A stretch of DNA of 64,000 nucleotides from an uncultured delta proteobacterium (GCA_963771465.1 CAVYTU010000014.1:928001-992000); one strand, 5' to 3'. Positions 1 to 11,243 are shown, counted from the first letter of the stretch. Notes: generated by a model from the sequence alone, not told the origin. Program-made: numbers and translations.

Positions 1-1100
1 TCCCTTCGCTTGATGGTGAGAAATAGGCATACTCGGCATAACCATCGGCTTTGCGCGGTCCGCACCGACGCAGATGAGCTGATAACGATCAGCGCTCTCG
101 CGCACCGGAACCCATAGTTTGTCCAGTTGCTCGTCTGTTAAGTCTAGTAAGTAGCTCCATTCCGCGGTTAATCTATTACGCCAACTGGGTCTGTATGCAG
201 CCATACGAGCTTGCGAGAAACATGCATGTTCGTGGATGAATTTTTTGGCCATTTGTTTAGTGAATCCACCCTCCGCCACCGGACGAACTACGTCCGGCGG
301 CATAAAGATGATCGTTTCCCAGATGCTGTCTGACCGCCATTGACTGAAAATGCTGTTGTAACCGAGCATGCGAAGCAAGCCTTCCGCCGTCGTATTGCCC
401 TGATCAGCTACATCGACTTCTCCCTTGGTCCCAAAGACGGTCACAACACTATCGTTGCGCGGGTAGCCTTTCTCCTGGTGAAACGGTTCCCACGGCTTGG
501 CTTCTTCGTTCTCACCCACACACGCGGTGAACTTATGGCGTACTGCCGATTGTATCCATGTCCATGGATCCCGGATACCAGTGGCCGATGTTTTTCAAAC
601 AAAGCGTATATGCACGACCTATGGTTAGATCGACACGGTTCTGCCGGCCTGGGCCGATGGCAGCTTGTGCATTGATTCCGAGTTCCATGCGGATAGGCCC
701 ATTTACCAACAACAAAGACGCGTGAGAGCTAGTTGACAGGAGGAAATTGCGGGCGGCTTTGGGGTCCACGTTGGAGAGCGCCTTGAGGGCTGCGAGAATC
801 ACGGGCATATGCTCCGGCTCCGCCCCCGCCATTGCGGCATTAATTGCAACTTTTTCCACAGTAGCCAGGCCGAATCCAGGAGGAAGATCACATAGAACAT
901 GATCTGGTCGTAGGCAAGTTCCGGTCAGCAACCGCTCCACCACTTCGACGGTTGGAGGCCGAAGGGGAAAGCCATCGCCCCAGTCCCGCTGAAAAACTCC
1001 CGGTTCGTTGCCTCAGCCGCTTCGAACGATGCTCCGGGAATGTTCTGTATCAGCAGTCGCTCAGGCTGCCTGGCTCCATGCCGTATGTGTCAGCTCTCGT
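1..1100 (-). pseudogene. Conserved uncharacterised protein (WGDGFP..PPT / ATVEKVAINAAMAG family), frameshifted, runs off the window edge
   Basis: ORF 533-943 has ATVEKVAINAAMAGAEPEHMPVILAA. Upstream frames give DWGDGFPLRPPTVEVVE. Reading frame breaks near 530 and 990; the 5' limit is approximate. Confidence 0.6.
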
Positions 1101-1704
1101 CAAGCGGGTGCGATGGCGTTGTTCGTTTGTTCCTTAACGCGCTGCAGATCAAGATTTCGATAGATCCAGGGTACTACTACAAACTGCAACTCAGGCATCC
1201 CAAAGACACGTGCGCTGCCGATTGCATCATCTTCGAACCGACACCGAGACGATCGTCACGGCGGGCCGTCCCAATTTTTCCAACTCTACTGCGCCGTGGA
1301 TACTCCACGAGCAACACGAACCTCAAGCGGCGTTAGCGAGCATGACGGCATCGCATGACTCAGCGACCTCGCGGATCAGTCTTCCGAGAACGGGTGCTTA
1401 CCGGGAAAAAATCGTGTTCGCGAAGCTGGACTTCGCTCACATAGCAGCGCTGCAACGCAGCAATGCCAGGTCGCCATTTGCGTCCGGACCACAATAAACC
1501 CAAGGTTATTCCGTCTAAGCTCGCCGGGCGGGGGCTCACTGTTTGTGCTCTGAGATCGCTTGAAGTTCTGCGACTGAATTGAGGACCGAAGTAACGTCAC
1601 TTCAGGTTCTCCTTCATACGGGATTGGCGGAGGCTTACACTTAGCAACGCTAGCATTTAGAGTGTCAATCATCATAGACGGACAGTCATCCGGAAGATAT
1701 TTCG

Positions 1705-2829
1705 TCATTTGCTATCAGAAGCGGTCGGAAATCCGTAGGCTTCTACGATCTTTGGAATCCACTGTTCCATGCTGACGTTTTCTTCCCAGCTGACCACTGA
1801 CAGTTTTTTACCTCTGAGTTCCTGCTCCACGGCCGAGCCCTGAACATACAGGGAAGATGCCAATGGTTCATGTTGGTCGATGAGAGCTTGTGCCTCTCGC
1901 GACGCCACCCATTCCAGCCAAAGAAGAGCCGCGTGGGGATTGCGTGACGTGGAAGAATCGCGTGCTCGCCGCTTATCCGCACGGGCACCGTTTCCAAAAT
2001 GACGTATTGTATAATTCCCAGGGGATCACGGCACTGAAATCTTTGACGCTGTGGTAATTGGGGCCAAGGAAAAGTGGAACTCGCCGGATCAGCCGCAGGG
2101 GCGTGGTCGTGTTCCGCAGCTCTTCTGGTCCGCTGTGCAGCAGCTCACCACTGCTCGCGAATGGTAGACAATTGGGTGCCGATGCCGGCGACGGTGCAGC
2201 AATCTCTTGTGGATGGATATCTACTGCGAATTTTCTGTCTTTAAATACTGGTTTCAGAATATCCTCCCAGGTCTTTGGCACCTGGTCCGGCAAGGAACAA
2301 GAGTCTTATTGTAAGCAGTGACTTGAACACGACTTAGGATCGCCAGAATGTTTCGATGCCGCGGGTCGATCATTTTCGACGGGATGTTGAGTATGCCGGC
2401 CTCGGACATGCCTACCAGATGAAATCTTCTCAAGTGAGCTAAATATTCGCTGTATAAGACGGGATCCACGCGTGCGATGTCCCAGCCTGTCGCCACGCCG
2501 GATTTGATCTCCAATAAGGCGCGCTGATTCTGGTCAATCGTCCTAGTTGTGACCATCTCCTGGACGTCTATAAACGGATACTTCTTCTTGAAAGCTTCGG
2601 TCGTTGGTTTTATGGCCCCCACTAATGCCGTCATGATCCGAAGTTTACCCTCTTCTTTTGCCTTGCTCAGAATTTCATCCCGAGACTTGAGTACAGTGTA
2701 CCCGGTCGCCTCTGCTTGCACCGGCTCTCTTGGGCGAGACTCCGCGGATGCGCCGTATGCCTGAGAAAAAAGACAGCCGGCAAGCCAGAAAAGCCCGGAG
2801 CCAAGAAACAACCGGTTACGCTTCATCAT
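1705..2829 (-). pseudogene. ABC-type extracellular solute-binding protein (Fe3+/polyamine-like family), split over several frames
   Basis: ORFs 2254-2919, 1973-2293, 1743-1997 and 1705-1908 each match consecutive parts of the intact paralogs at 20005 and 31611 (AKEEGKLR, VPKTWED, FKDRKFAVDI, AYGFP). Confidence 0.8.
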
Positions 2830-2964
2830 TCCGCTATTCTCGCTCTTAAATGAGTGCCATTTATGATCAACCCATCCTTCATAATCCAAAAGTGCTGCTA
2901 AACCACAATACCGCAACAAGCAAATCGAACGAGCCAGCTTCTATGGAGCCTTCAGGGGTCAAAT

Positions 2965-3300
2965 TGAGCTGCCCCGGGTTTCACGGACAGTTAATTAGGC
3001 GACACTCCATCGGGCTTGTAACTGCATTGGTGTTTGATAATTCAATGACTGATGCAGTCGTTTGCGATTGTAAAACATTCCAATGTATCTGAAAGATTTC
3101 TGCTCGTGCCTCGTCGCGAGTGTGATTGCCCCGGGTGGTGAATGATCTCGTTTTTCAGCGAACTGAAGAAGCTCTCCGCCGCATTGTCATAACAGTTTCC
3201 CTTGCCGCTCATAATACGCAGATTGCCGTACTGTTCGAGTGGATAACGTGCGCCGCGACCGCCGCCAGCAATTACCGCGGGATCGGGACTGGCTCGGCGG
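2965..3300 (-). mobile_element. IS3-family remnant: orfB C-terminus plus terminal inverted repeat
   Basis: Translates to MSGKGNCYDNAAESFFSSLKNE and RLHQSLNYQTP (DDE integrase C-terminal motifs). IR TGAGCTGCCCCGGGTTTCACGGACAG starts at 2965. Confidence 0.85.
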
Positions 3301-3468
3301 GCGCGGCTTCGGCATAGTATAGGCATAGGATTCTGAACAAGCGGGCAGCGCATTCAGAAGCAACCGAATCTTACATTCACCTGATGGACGGTGGTTTCAT
3401 CATATGAACGGCCAATTCAAGATGGTTGTGAATATGGACACCATGACGTGATCGATTAGGGGGAATCC

Positions 3469-3984
3469 ATGGCCAAAAAAACTAGTGCTGGACTTTTGTT
3501 GTATCGTCGTTGTCCGGAGCTTGAGGTTTTTCTTGTCCATCCCGGTGGACCGTTTTGGACAAGGAAGGATGCTGGGGCATGGTCAATACCGAAGGGCGAA
3601 GTCGAGGATGGCGAGGACCCGCTTCAGGCCGCCAAGCGTGAGTTTACGGAAGAGACCGGTTTTACTATTTCTGGAGAGTTTCGTTCTCTCGATTCGCTAA
3701 AACAACCTAGCGGAAAAATAATCTATGCATGGGCGATTGAAGCTGACTACGACCCTGGGCAGATTCGCAGCAATTTATTCTCGCTGGAGTGGCCGCCCAA
3801 GTCCGGTAAAATGCAACAGTACCCAGAGGTCGATCGCGCGGCATGGTTCAACATCTCTGAAGCCAGGAATAAGATTTTGGCTGGTCAGGTCGGGTTCATC
3901 GAGCAACTCATCGCGGTTCTCGGGATAAATAGGTCGGAGTCGCAACTCTCGAAAACTGCAAGTTCTCAGGGGTCGCTCTTTTAG
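3469..3984 (+). CDS. NUDIX hydrolase, copy 1
   Basis: Nudix box PKGEVEDGEDPLQAAKREFTEETG; HPGGPFW motif. Confidence 0.9.
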   Translation: MAKKTSAGLLLYRRCPELEVFLVHPGGPFWTRKDAGAWSIPKGEVEDGEDPLQAAKREFTEETGFTISGEFRSLDSLKQPSGKIIYAWAIEADYDPGQIRSNLFSLEWPPKSGKMQQYPEVDRAAWFNISEARNKILAGQVGFIEQLIAVLGINRSESQLSKTASSQGSLF

Positions 3985-4083
3985 ATCGTCCTAAGGCCAA
4001 ACGGGGCAAAGGTGGAAACCACTGGGCTCAGACTTCTATGACCCGACTACCTCGTCATTCGTGGTAAGACCGACGAAATCCAA

Positions 4084-4210
4084 AATGTCAAAATCAAGAC
4101 CTGACCCCGACTGCGTGTTTGCAAAAATGTCAGAAGTAAAACTTTGACGTTTGATTTCTATCGATGATGTCAAGATTCAAGATTTGGCCCCGATCTTTTT
4201 GACCCGATCG
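4084..4210. repeat. Cluster of REP-like GTCA-N11/12-TGAC(CCC) motifs
   Basis: aatgtcaaaatcaagacctgacccc (4084-4108), aatgtcagaagtaaaactttgac, gatgtcaagattcaagatttggcccc and ttgacccgatc. Confidence 0.8.
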
Positions 4211-4346
4211 TTTCTGCTCTGCCTTGACACAAAGTTAAACGCGATGTTAGAGCTCAGCGGCAAAGGACGCTTCCATGCCGAACTATTTTCATTCTAACTT
4301 TGGCGGGTGAGCTCGAACGCCGTGGGAGAGTAAGATTAATCACTCT

Positions 4347-5357
4347 ATGCTGCCCGTACTCCTAGCCGTGATTGTAAGTGTGAGCGTGTCGCTCCACGGC
4401 CTTGACCGGGCATGGTCGCAGCCAACTGATGCGGCGGCGATTATCGAAGGCGCAAAGAAGGAAGGCGAGCTGGTCATCTACGGCACCACCGACCTGAGAC
4501 AGGCGACCATCCTCAACGATAAATTCCGTCAGAAATATCCCTTTATCGACGTCAAACTGAACCGTCTGACGACCGACAGTCTCTATCCCAGGTTGATCGC
4601 TGAGACGCGTTCCGGGAAATTCCTGAGCGACGTGTTACAGAACAACACTCTGGTCATGTATTTCCTCAAGCGAGGGAAGTTTTTGGCTCACTACCTTTCA
4701 ACCGAGGATCGCTATTATCCAAACGATTTCAAAGACCAAGGATATTGGATCACCAGCGGCACGAACATTCACGTCGTCGGCTACAACACCCGAGCCGTTA
4801 GCCGCGACAAGCTGCCAAAGCGATGGGAAGATCTGCTAACCCCTGCGTGGAAGGGGAAAATGCTGCTCAGCCCCCGAGAACAATGGTTCGCCTGGATATT
4901 ACAGATCATGGGTAAAGAAAATGGCCTCAATTATATGCGCGCACTGGCGAAACAAAGCCTGACGATACGTCGCGAGTCCAACGCGATGAGAGCTCAACTC
5001 ATTACCGCCGGTGAGGCCGACTTAGAGATTGACTCGACTTTAAGTGTCATAACTCCGTTGATGAAAAACAGCGCGCCGGTCAGCTGGACGACGCTGGGTC
5101 CTACCCTCGTGGTGCCGGTCGCGCACGCGCTGGCCGTGCGCGCGCCGCATCCCAACGCGGCAAAGCTCTTCATCGACTTCGTCCTCTCTAGAGAGGGACA
5201 ACGGATCGTTTTGGCGTCTGAACGAAACTCCGCCCGCGCCGATCTCGCCCAGGAGCAGGGCGCGTTGAAAGATGCCAAGTTGATCCCGCTCGATCCCTCT
5301 CAAGGCGATAACTTGGAATTCTACGCGCGCCAGGCTCACGAGATCTTTGGCAAGTAA
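4347..5357 (+). CDS. ABC transporter extracellular solute-binding protein (Fe3+/thiamine-like)
   Basis: Signal peptide; AKKEGELVIY, GYNT, LPKRWEDLLTPAWKGK, APHPNAAKLFIDF. Confidence 0.88.
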   Translation: MLPVLLAVIVSVSVSLHGLDRAWSQPTDAAAIIEGAKKEGELVIYGTTDLRQATILNDKFRQKYPFIDVKLNRLTTDSLYPRLIAETRSGKFLSDVLQNNTLVMYFLKRGKFLAHYLSTEDRYYPNDFKDQGYWITSGTNIHVVGYNTRAVSRDKLPKRWEDLLTPAWKGKMLLSPREQWFAWILQIMGKENGLNYMRALAKQSLTIRRESNAMRAQLITAGEADLEIDSTLSVITPLMKNSAPVSWTTLGPTLVVPVAHALAVRAPHPNAAKLFIDFVLSREGQRIVLASERNSARADLAQEQGALKDAKLIPLDPSQGDNLEFYARQAHEIFGK

Positions 5358-5586
5358 GACGAAAGCCATCCGAGCCAAAGCCAATTTTCAAAGCCTAAAA
5401 TCGCCGCCGCATCCGCGCTCCGTTTCCAGCGGCGCGTCGCGGGGCACGATTCGATGTCGTGAGATCAGCGGCAGCAGCCGATCTAAGTGCTTCAATACTG
5501 ATCGTGCCGGCGTAGCCAATCCATCGAGAATTTGAAGCCGTCCTCATCGCGACCTTTGGGCACAAGGTCGAGGAATGGATAGGCAC

Positions 5587-5964
5587 TTATTTCTTGATGG
5601 CGAAGTCCGCCTGGTCGAAAATCTGTCGGATCTCAATCACGTCGCCTTCGTCGGCGGGGCACCGCTGCGCCCATTTCACCAGCTCTTCTTTTGAGTCGGC
5701 TTCCACCAGCCAATAACCGCCCAGCACTTCTTTCGACTCGATGTACGGCCCATCGGTCACCGTCGGTTTCCCTTTGCCGAACGAAACACGCGCGCCGGTG
5801 TTGAGTGGATGCAGGCCGTTCAGCGAGAGGATTTTGACGGCCTTGCCCAACTCCCCATTATAGCGGGCCATCTCTTCAAGTTTCTTTGGGTCGGGCACAA
5901 AGCCGGGGTCCATCTTCTTATTGCCTCTGTAAACATCGGGGATCATCAGCATCATGAATTGCAT
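5587..5964 (-). CDS. YciI family (DGPF-domain) protein
   Basis: GLHP...VTDGPYIESKEVLGGYWLVEADSKEE motif. Confidence 0.88.
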   Translation of the reverse strand: MQFMMLMIPDVYRGNKKMDPGFVPDPKKLEEMARYNGELGKAVKILSLNGLHPLNTGARVSFGKGKPTVTDGPYIESKEVLGGYWLVEADSKEELVKWAQRCPADEGDVIEIRQIFDQADFAIKK

Positions 5965-6188
5965 AGGTCATCTCCTTGGTTTTTAATTTTGGTCCTGCAC
6001 CTTAGTCGTTTGGCAGCCCCCAAATTCGACACACATCCAAACATATTTTTTTGATCTCCTGGAGCCGCCGTTCCAAGTACCGCCGCTCAGGAGCGTAGCC
6101 AAGACAAAGGGTGTCGACCGCGAAGAAGATCTGCATGGTACATTGGTTTCATCATATGAACGGCTAGCGTAATCGATTAGGGGAATCT

Positions 6189-6653
6189 ATGGCCAAAAAA
6201 ACTAGTGCTGGACTTTTGTTGTATCGTCGTTGTCCGGAGCTTGAGGTTTTTCTTGTCCATCCCGGTGGACCGTTTTGGACAAGGAAGGATGCTGGGGCAT
6301 GGTCAATACCGAAGGGCGAAATCGAGGATGGCGAGGACCCGCTTCAGGCCGCCAAGCGTGAGTTTACGGAAGAGACCGGTTTTACTATTTCTGGAGAGTT
6401 TCGTTCTCTCGATTCGCTAAAACAACCTAGCGGAAAAATAATCTATGCATGGGCGATTGAAGCTGACTACGACCCTGGGCAGATTCGCAGCAATTTATTC
6501 TCGCTGGAGTGGCCGCCCAAGTCCGGTAAAATGCAACAGTACCCAGAGGTCGATCGCGCCGCATGGTTCAACATCTCTGAAGCCAGGAATAAGATTTTGG
6601 CTGGTCAGGTGCGGTTCATTGAGCAACTCATCGCGGTTCTCGGGATGAAATAG
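6189..6653 (+). CDS. NUDIX hydrolase, copy 2 (near-identical to 3469-3984)
   Basis: Same sequence apart from a few substitutions and a 1-nt indel near the 3' end (ataaatagg vs atgaaatagg). Confidence 0.9.
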   Translation: MAKKTSAGLLLYRRCPELEVFLVHPGGPFWTRKDAGAWSIPKGEIEDGEDPLQAAKREFTEETGFTISGEFRSLDSLKQPSGKIIYAWAIEADYDPGQIRSNLFSLEWPPKSGKMQQYPEVDRAAWFNISEARNKILAGQVRFIEQLIAVLGMK

Positions 6654-6866
6654 GTCGGAGTCGCAACCCGCCAAAACTGCAAGTTTTCAAACGTTCCTCT
6701 TTTAGATCGTCCTAAGCCAACCGTGACAAAGTTGGAAACCACTCGGCCCAGACTTAATGATCCGACTACGTCGACAATTAGATTTGCGGCGGCAGGATGT
6801 TGACGGTGCATTGCCGGCTTGATACTCATCGGTGGATTTAAACTTTAGAAATTTGGAGGCTATTTC

Positions 6867-7910
6867 ATGCTTGACGGAAAACTTCGGATCGCTCCCATGT
6901 GTTATCACGTGCTGCATATGTTCCCTGTCATATCGGCGCACGAGATGAATTATTTTTACGATGAAGGTCTAAAGACCGCGGACGGCTCGCTCGCTTATGA
7001 GATTATTCGCGATCCCATGGTGCCGTTTGGCCTGGAGAAGTTGGGAATCTCGCAAGCCATGAAAGAGAAGTCGGTCGATATCGCTCTTGACGTCCAGTCT
7101 CGGACTATTTTCTTTCAACGGTCGCGCGGCGCGGACATCTACATCATCGCCGGCTGGCGCAACCAGCATACGTCGACCTGGGTTGGTCCGCCCCACATTA
7201 AGTCGCTCCAGGATCTAAAGGGAAAACGAGTCGGTATCAGCGATTTCAACAGCATCCGCCACTGGGGGATCCAGGTCCAGCTGCGCAAGGCCGGCCTCGA
7301 TATCGAGAAAGATGTCGAATGGGTGCGCTGCGGCGTATCGACGCGCGTCCTGGTAGAGGCGCTGCGCCAAGGCAGAGTTGAATGCGCTCCGGTATCCAGC
7401 GTGATAGCGGAAAACCTGAAGAAAGAAGGCTGCAATATCTTGGTTGTGCCGCAGGAGACATACCCGAACGGACGGCCGGAGCGTGTTATCGCCGCCACCG
7501 GACGCATACTTGAAGAGCGCCCCGATCTGGTCAAGAACTTTCTCAAAGGGCTCATTCGATCTTACTGGTTCGTGCGCGATATGCCGAAGAATTTCGAGTA
7601 CATTCACCAGCTCGATAAAAGGCTGCGGATACAAACTGCCGATCCGGAAGAGCGTATCCATGATCCCAATCGCTACACGACGGACGATTTGGAGTCGATG
7701 CCTTTCCCACTCGACGGCCTGGCCACGGGATTCGAAGATATGCTGCGCGAAGAGAAACTTATCGACGGCCTCGAGTATGACGTCCCGCCAATCAAGGACG
7801 TTTGCGCCCAGGACTTGGCGGAAGACGCCTACAAGGAATTGAGAGGCCGCAAGGAATTGGACGCTGAGTATCAGCGCGTGCAGGCCGTGGCGAAGCGTTG
7901 GGGCTACTGA
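6867..7910 (+). CDS. NMT1/SsuA-like substrate-binding protein
   Basis: IKSLQDLKGKRVGIS, LRKAGLDIEKDVEWV, ERPDLVKNFLKGL. No obvious signal peptide. Confidence 0.8.
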   Translation: MLDGKLRIAPMCYHVLHMFPVISAHEMNYFYDEGLKTADGSLAYEIIRDPMVPFGLEKLGISQAMKEKSVDIALDVQSRTIFFQRSRGADIYIIAGWRNQHTSTWVGPPHIKSLQDLKGKRVGISDFNSIRHWGIQVQLRKAGLDIEKDVEWVRCGVSTRVLVEALRQGRVECAPVSSVIAENLKKEGCNILVVPQETYPNGRPERVIAATGRILEERPDLVKNFLKGLIRSYWFVRDMPKNFEYIHQLDKRLRIQTADPEERIHDPNRYTTDDLESMPFPLDGLATGFEDMLREEKLIDGLEYDVPPIKDVCAQDLAEDAYKELRGRKELDAEYQRVQAVAKRWGY

Positions 7911-7935
7911 AACGGTTCGAAATGGCTGGAAATCA

Positions 7936-7974
7936 GGGGTCAGACTTTTACTTCTAGAGTCAAAGTCTGACCCC
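7936..7974. repeat. Perfect 13-bp REP-like hairpin between convergent genes, possible bidirectional terminator
   Basis: GGGGTCAGACTTT-tacttctagagtc-AAAGTCTGACCCC. Confidence 0.85.
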
Positions 7975-7998
7975 GAGTACTGTTCCGATTCGGTATTT

Positions 7999-9117
7999 TC
8001 ACTTGTCCGCCCTGGGAAAACCGAAAGCCTTCACGATCTCCTCCTCATACTTTCCCATTTGGGAATAATGTTCCCAGCCCAACAAGGAAAGCTTCCTGCC
8101 CCTCGTCGCCTTTTCATGAAACGAGCCCGCAGTTAAATGCGAGGCCGCGCGGTCCACTTTGTCGAGAATGGCTTGAGCTTCCGGGCCTGACTGGAACTCC
8201 AACCATAAAAGTCCCGCGTAGGGGTTTCGCGCCATGGCCGAGACACCCTCCGCCTCCGTCAACCGCACCGGGATGGGCTCCAGAATTTTTATGGCGAGGA
8301 CATCTTGAACGTCTTTTTCCTTGAATCTCAGGTAGCCTTTGTAATTCAAGCCAAGATTCATAAGGATTTCTCCCCCCGTCATAAGAGGCAGGGTGCGGGT
8401 GTCCCCCCGAGTCCAGATGGGCTCTTGGGCCGCCAGTCGTTTGGCATAAGCCACCACTTTCTCCAACCCCCAAGCCGGCACGAGCGCGGCAACAGCTCTC
8501 GGCCGGACGTCCGTGGCAAATTTTTTTCCCTTGAATTCGGGCTTCAGCATGTCCTCGTAGGTGTCGGGCGTCTTATTCTCCGGCACTAATTTTTTGTTGT
8601 ATGCGAACCCTGCGATATTGGTCTGCAGAGCGAGGATGTGGCGGTTGACCGGATCGACCATTTCCGGCGGTATCCGCAGCACTCCGTGCTTGGTCATGCC
8701 GAGCAGGTCGAACTTTTTCTGGTGCGGAAGATACTCGGCATAATAGTCAAAGGCCACATAATTGACATCCCAGGCCGTGGTCTTGCCGAGCTTCAACTCT
8801 TGGACCATCCGGGTGTAATTATCCGTGCCGCCAATCTCGGTCGCCTTTACATCAATGAACGGGTATTTTTTCCGGAAAGCGTCCGCCGCGGCCCGGAGGG
8901 GCTCCGCATCCTGGGAGCTGAAAACTACGAGCTTACCTTCCTTCTTCGCCTTTGCCACGATTGCGTCGTGGTTAGTCTCAAAGATATAGCCTTTCGTCTC
9001 CGCCTCAGTTTTTGCCTTTGACAGCATCGCACTGCTCTGCGCGGCTGCAGTCGTGGCAAAAGCCCACGCGCCTAGGAAAAAAAAGACTACGGCTGTGCTA
9101 AGAATTTCAGTTTTCGT
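7999..9117 (-). CDS. ABC extracellular solute-binding protein (KGY..AKKEG paralog family)
   Basis: ORF 7999-9027 extends in frame through a signal peptide to an ACG codon at 9117, just after GGAGGT. Confidence 0.85.
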   Translation of the reverse strand, partial: TKTEILSTAVVFFFLGAWAFATTAAAQSSAMLSKAKTEAETKGYIFETNHDAIVAKAKKEGKLVVFSSQDAEPLRAAADAFRKKYPFIDVKATEIGGTDNYTRMVQELKLGKTTAWDVNYVAFDYYAEYLPHQKKFDLLGMTKHGVLRIPPEMVDPVNRHILALQTNIAGFAYNKKLVPENKTPDTYEDMLKPEFKGKKFATDVRPRAVAALVPAWGLEKVVAYAKRLAAQEPIWTRGDTRTLPLMTGGEILMNLGLNYKGYLRFKEKDVQDVLAIKILEPIPVRLTEAEGVSAMARNPYAGLLWLEFQSGPEAQAILDKVDRAASHLTAGSFHEKATRGRKLSLLGWEHYSQMGKYEEEIVKAFGFPRADK

Positions 9118-9370
9118 GGTTCACCTCCAATCTTTTCTTTTGCTGGGCTTCCCTGGTATCCAATATTCCCTTCAGTTCGCACGTTTCCTTTTTGACATTG
9201 GCTAATCTCTCCTCGGGAAAAAATCCGGACTCGCGGAGCAATTCCAACCTGTTTATCCCTTATCATAATATTTCATCCTTTATATAGTTCTAATCCACTT
9301 TCGCTCGCGCCGGCGGTGCAAGCTTGGATTGCTGTTTTCTTGATTCAACATCGGCTATTTCATCGACGTC

Positions 9371-9470
9371 GAGCCAGGAATAAGATTCGGGCTGGTCAGG
9401 TCGGGTTCATTGAGCAACTCATTGCGGTTCTAGGGATAAATAGGTCGGAGTCGCAACCCTCGAAAACCAC
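9371..9470 (+). pseudogene. Third, partial copy of the NUDIX 3' end
   Basis: gccaggaataagatt..ctggtcaggtcgggttcattgagcaactc..gataaataggtcggagtcgcaac matches about 3862-3957. Confidence 0.85.
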
Positions 9471-9544
9471 GGCGGGCGGTGCGGGCTAACCGCTAACGTT
9501 TTTTAACTCCTGAACGGACCACTCTGAAAAAGCTTGATGATTAT

Positions 9545-9757
9545 CTAACGCGCTTTCTCCAACTCCGCCAAACGAGTCTTCGCCTGATTCGCGTACGGCG
9601 AGTCGGGATATTTTTCTACGATCTGCCGATAAAGTTTCGTAGCGTGCGGCTTGTTGAACTGCTTCTCTTCGAGCTGCGCCGTATCGTATAAATCCTTCGC
9701 TTTATCACCGCAGCCCGTGAGCAGTAGAAGCAGGCAGGCGGCAAGAAATCTTCGCAT
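9545..9757 (-). CDS. Small TPR-like lipoprotein
   Basis: Lipobox LLLTGC; YRQIVEKYPDSPYANQAKTRL. Confidence 0.8.
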   Translation of the reverse strand: MRRFLAACLLLLLTGCGDKAKDLYDTAQLEEKQFNKPHATKLYRQIVEKYPDSPYANQAKTRLAELEKAR

Positions 9758-9853
9758 GAAAATTCTCCTTGTCGAATAGCCGTGAGACGTGAGGCCTGAG
9801 GCGATTCGGTTGATCGTGCAAAGCTCAGACTCACGCTTAACACCGATCCGGAC

Positions 9854-10955
9854 TTACACTCTGAACTGAGCAATCAGGTCATCTTCCGGATCCGCGCCGA
9901 GACCTGGGCCCTGCGGAACTTCAACTCCGCCGTTGATCACCGGCACGGTCTTGGAGAACGGAGTCGCGCCAAAGTCGGCAAACATCCGCTCGAGCGGAGA
10001 ATCTTTCTCTTTCGCCGCGAGGCAATGCAACACCGCTAGAAAAGCCGGTCCCAAATAAAAGGCGTTCGGCACGCAGAGGGCGCCCGCTTGCTCGACCTCG
10101 GCCGCTACTCTTGCCAAGGCGGTGATGCCCAGCTTGACCATGGCGGGCTGAACGTAATCAGCCTTGCCGATAGTGACCATGCGGCGGAACTCGCGCAGAC
10201 TGGTTGAGTTCTCGCCAATCCCCATGGGTACGCCGGTGACCGTGCGCAGCTTGGCAAGTGCTTCGAAGTCCTCCGGAGGATAGATCGGCTCCTCGACCCA
10301 GAACGGCTTGTACGGCGCCATCGCCGAGACCGCCGCCTCGGCTTCGACCGGCGTCCAAGCGCAGTTTGTATCCACCATGAGCGGAATGTCCGGCCCCGTC
10401 ACCTCGCGCGCGGCAGCGACCGCCTCAGGGAGTGCGCTCATGCAGCTTAATCAGGCGATAACCGCGTTCGAGAGCGCGAGCGGTGTTGCGCTTGATGTAT
10501 TCTGAGTTGCCGGAATATTGCAGCAACGAAGCATAGCATTGGACGTGCGTTCGCTTGGCGCCGCCAAGGAGCGTCGACACCGGAACACCCGCAAGCTTCC
10601 CCCGAATGTCCCACAGCGCAATGTCGAGTCCCGCGAGAGCGTGGGCCAGCGGACCGGAGCGGCTCATTGAGAGCAGCATCCGTTCTATGCGTGGGACGAG
10701 TTGCTCATCCGAGGCGCTCTGTCCAACGGCGAGACGCCTGATCCAGTTGTCGAACGCTGCGACGACCATGGGACGGGCTGTGCCGAATGACTCACCCCAA
10801 CCCACCAGGCCGCCACTGGTCGTCACGCGTACATAAAGGCTTTCAACATGCGTGCGTGGTATACCTTGAGCCATCGGCGCCGGAGCCCAGATGTCCAACG
10901 GAATGCGCAACGTGATCGTTTCGATCGCGGAGATTGTCTCGTCCATGGCCGTCAT
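9854..10955 (-). pseudogene. Mandelate racemase/muconate lactonizing enzyme family, single frameshift near 10430
   Basis: N-half has GWGES, LDIALWDIRGK and KLH; C-half has LMVDTN, WVEEP, GEN and PGLG. Confidence 0.85.
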
Positions 10956-11169
10956 TCAAAGCAAGAATTCGTGAAAATGTCGAGCCGCATTCCTCCGACG
11001 AAAGTGCGGGATATGGGCTTGCCCTAGTGCTCTTAAAGAATTAACGCGACCGATCTCTCGTTACTCGTCAGGCTTTCTCGCAGCCTCGGCGGGGAATCCC
11101 GCATAGTTCGTCGAAACCGAAACAATCGGAACGCACCCCGACGAAGACCACGTGGAGAAACCGACGAAA

Positions 11170-11243
11170 CCCGAAACATCAAGATTCAAGACTTGACCCC
11201 GAATCTCTGAATCTGACCCCGAATCTCGTTGACCCCGAATCTC
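11170..11243. repeat. REP-like end followed by three TGACCCCGAATCTC reiterations
   Basis: ccgaaacatcaagattcaagacttgacccc; TGACCCC at 11194, 11214 and 11230. Confidence 0.85.

Noticed and set aside
1040-1708. Short ORFs at 1040-1336, 1210-1497 and 1376-1708
   Set aside because: No family motifs; cannot be distinguished from chance ORFs.
11170-11243. CRISPR array (also considered for 26680-26740)
   Set aside because: Units are 11-14 bp with spacers under about 16 nt, and there are no cas genes.
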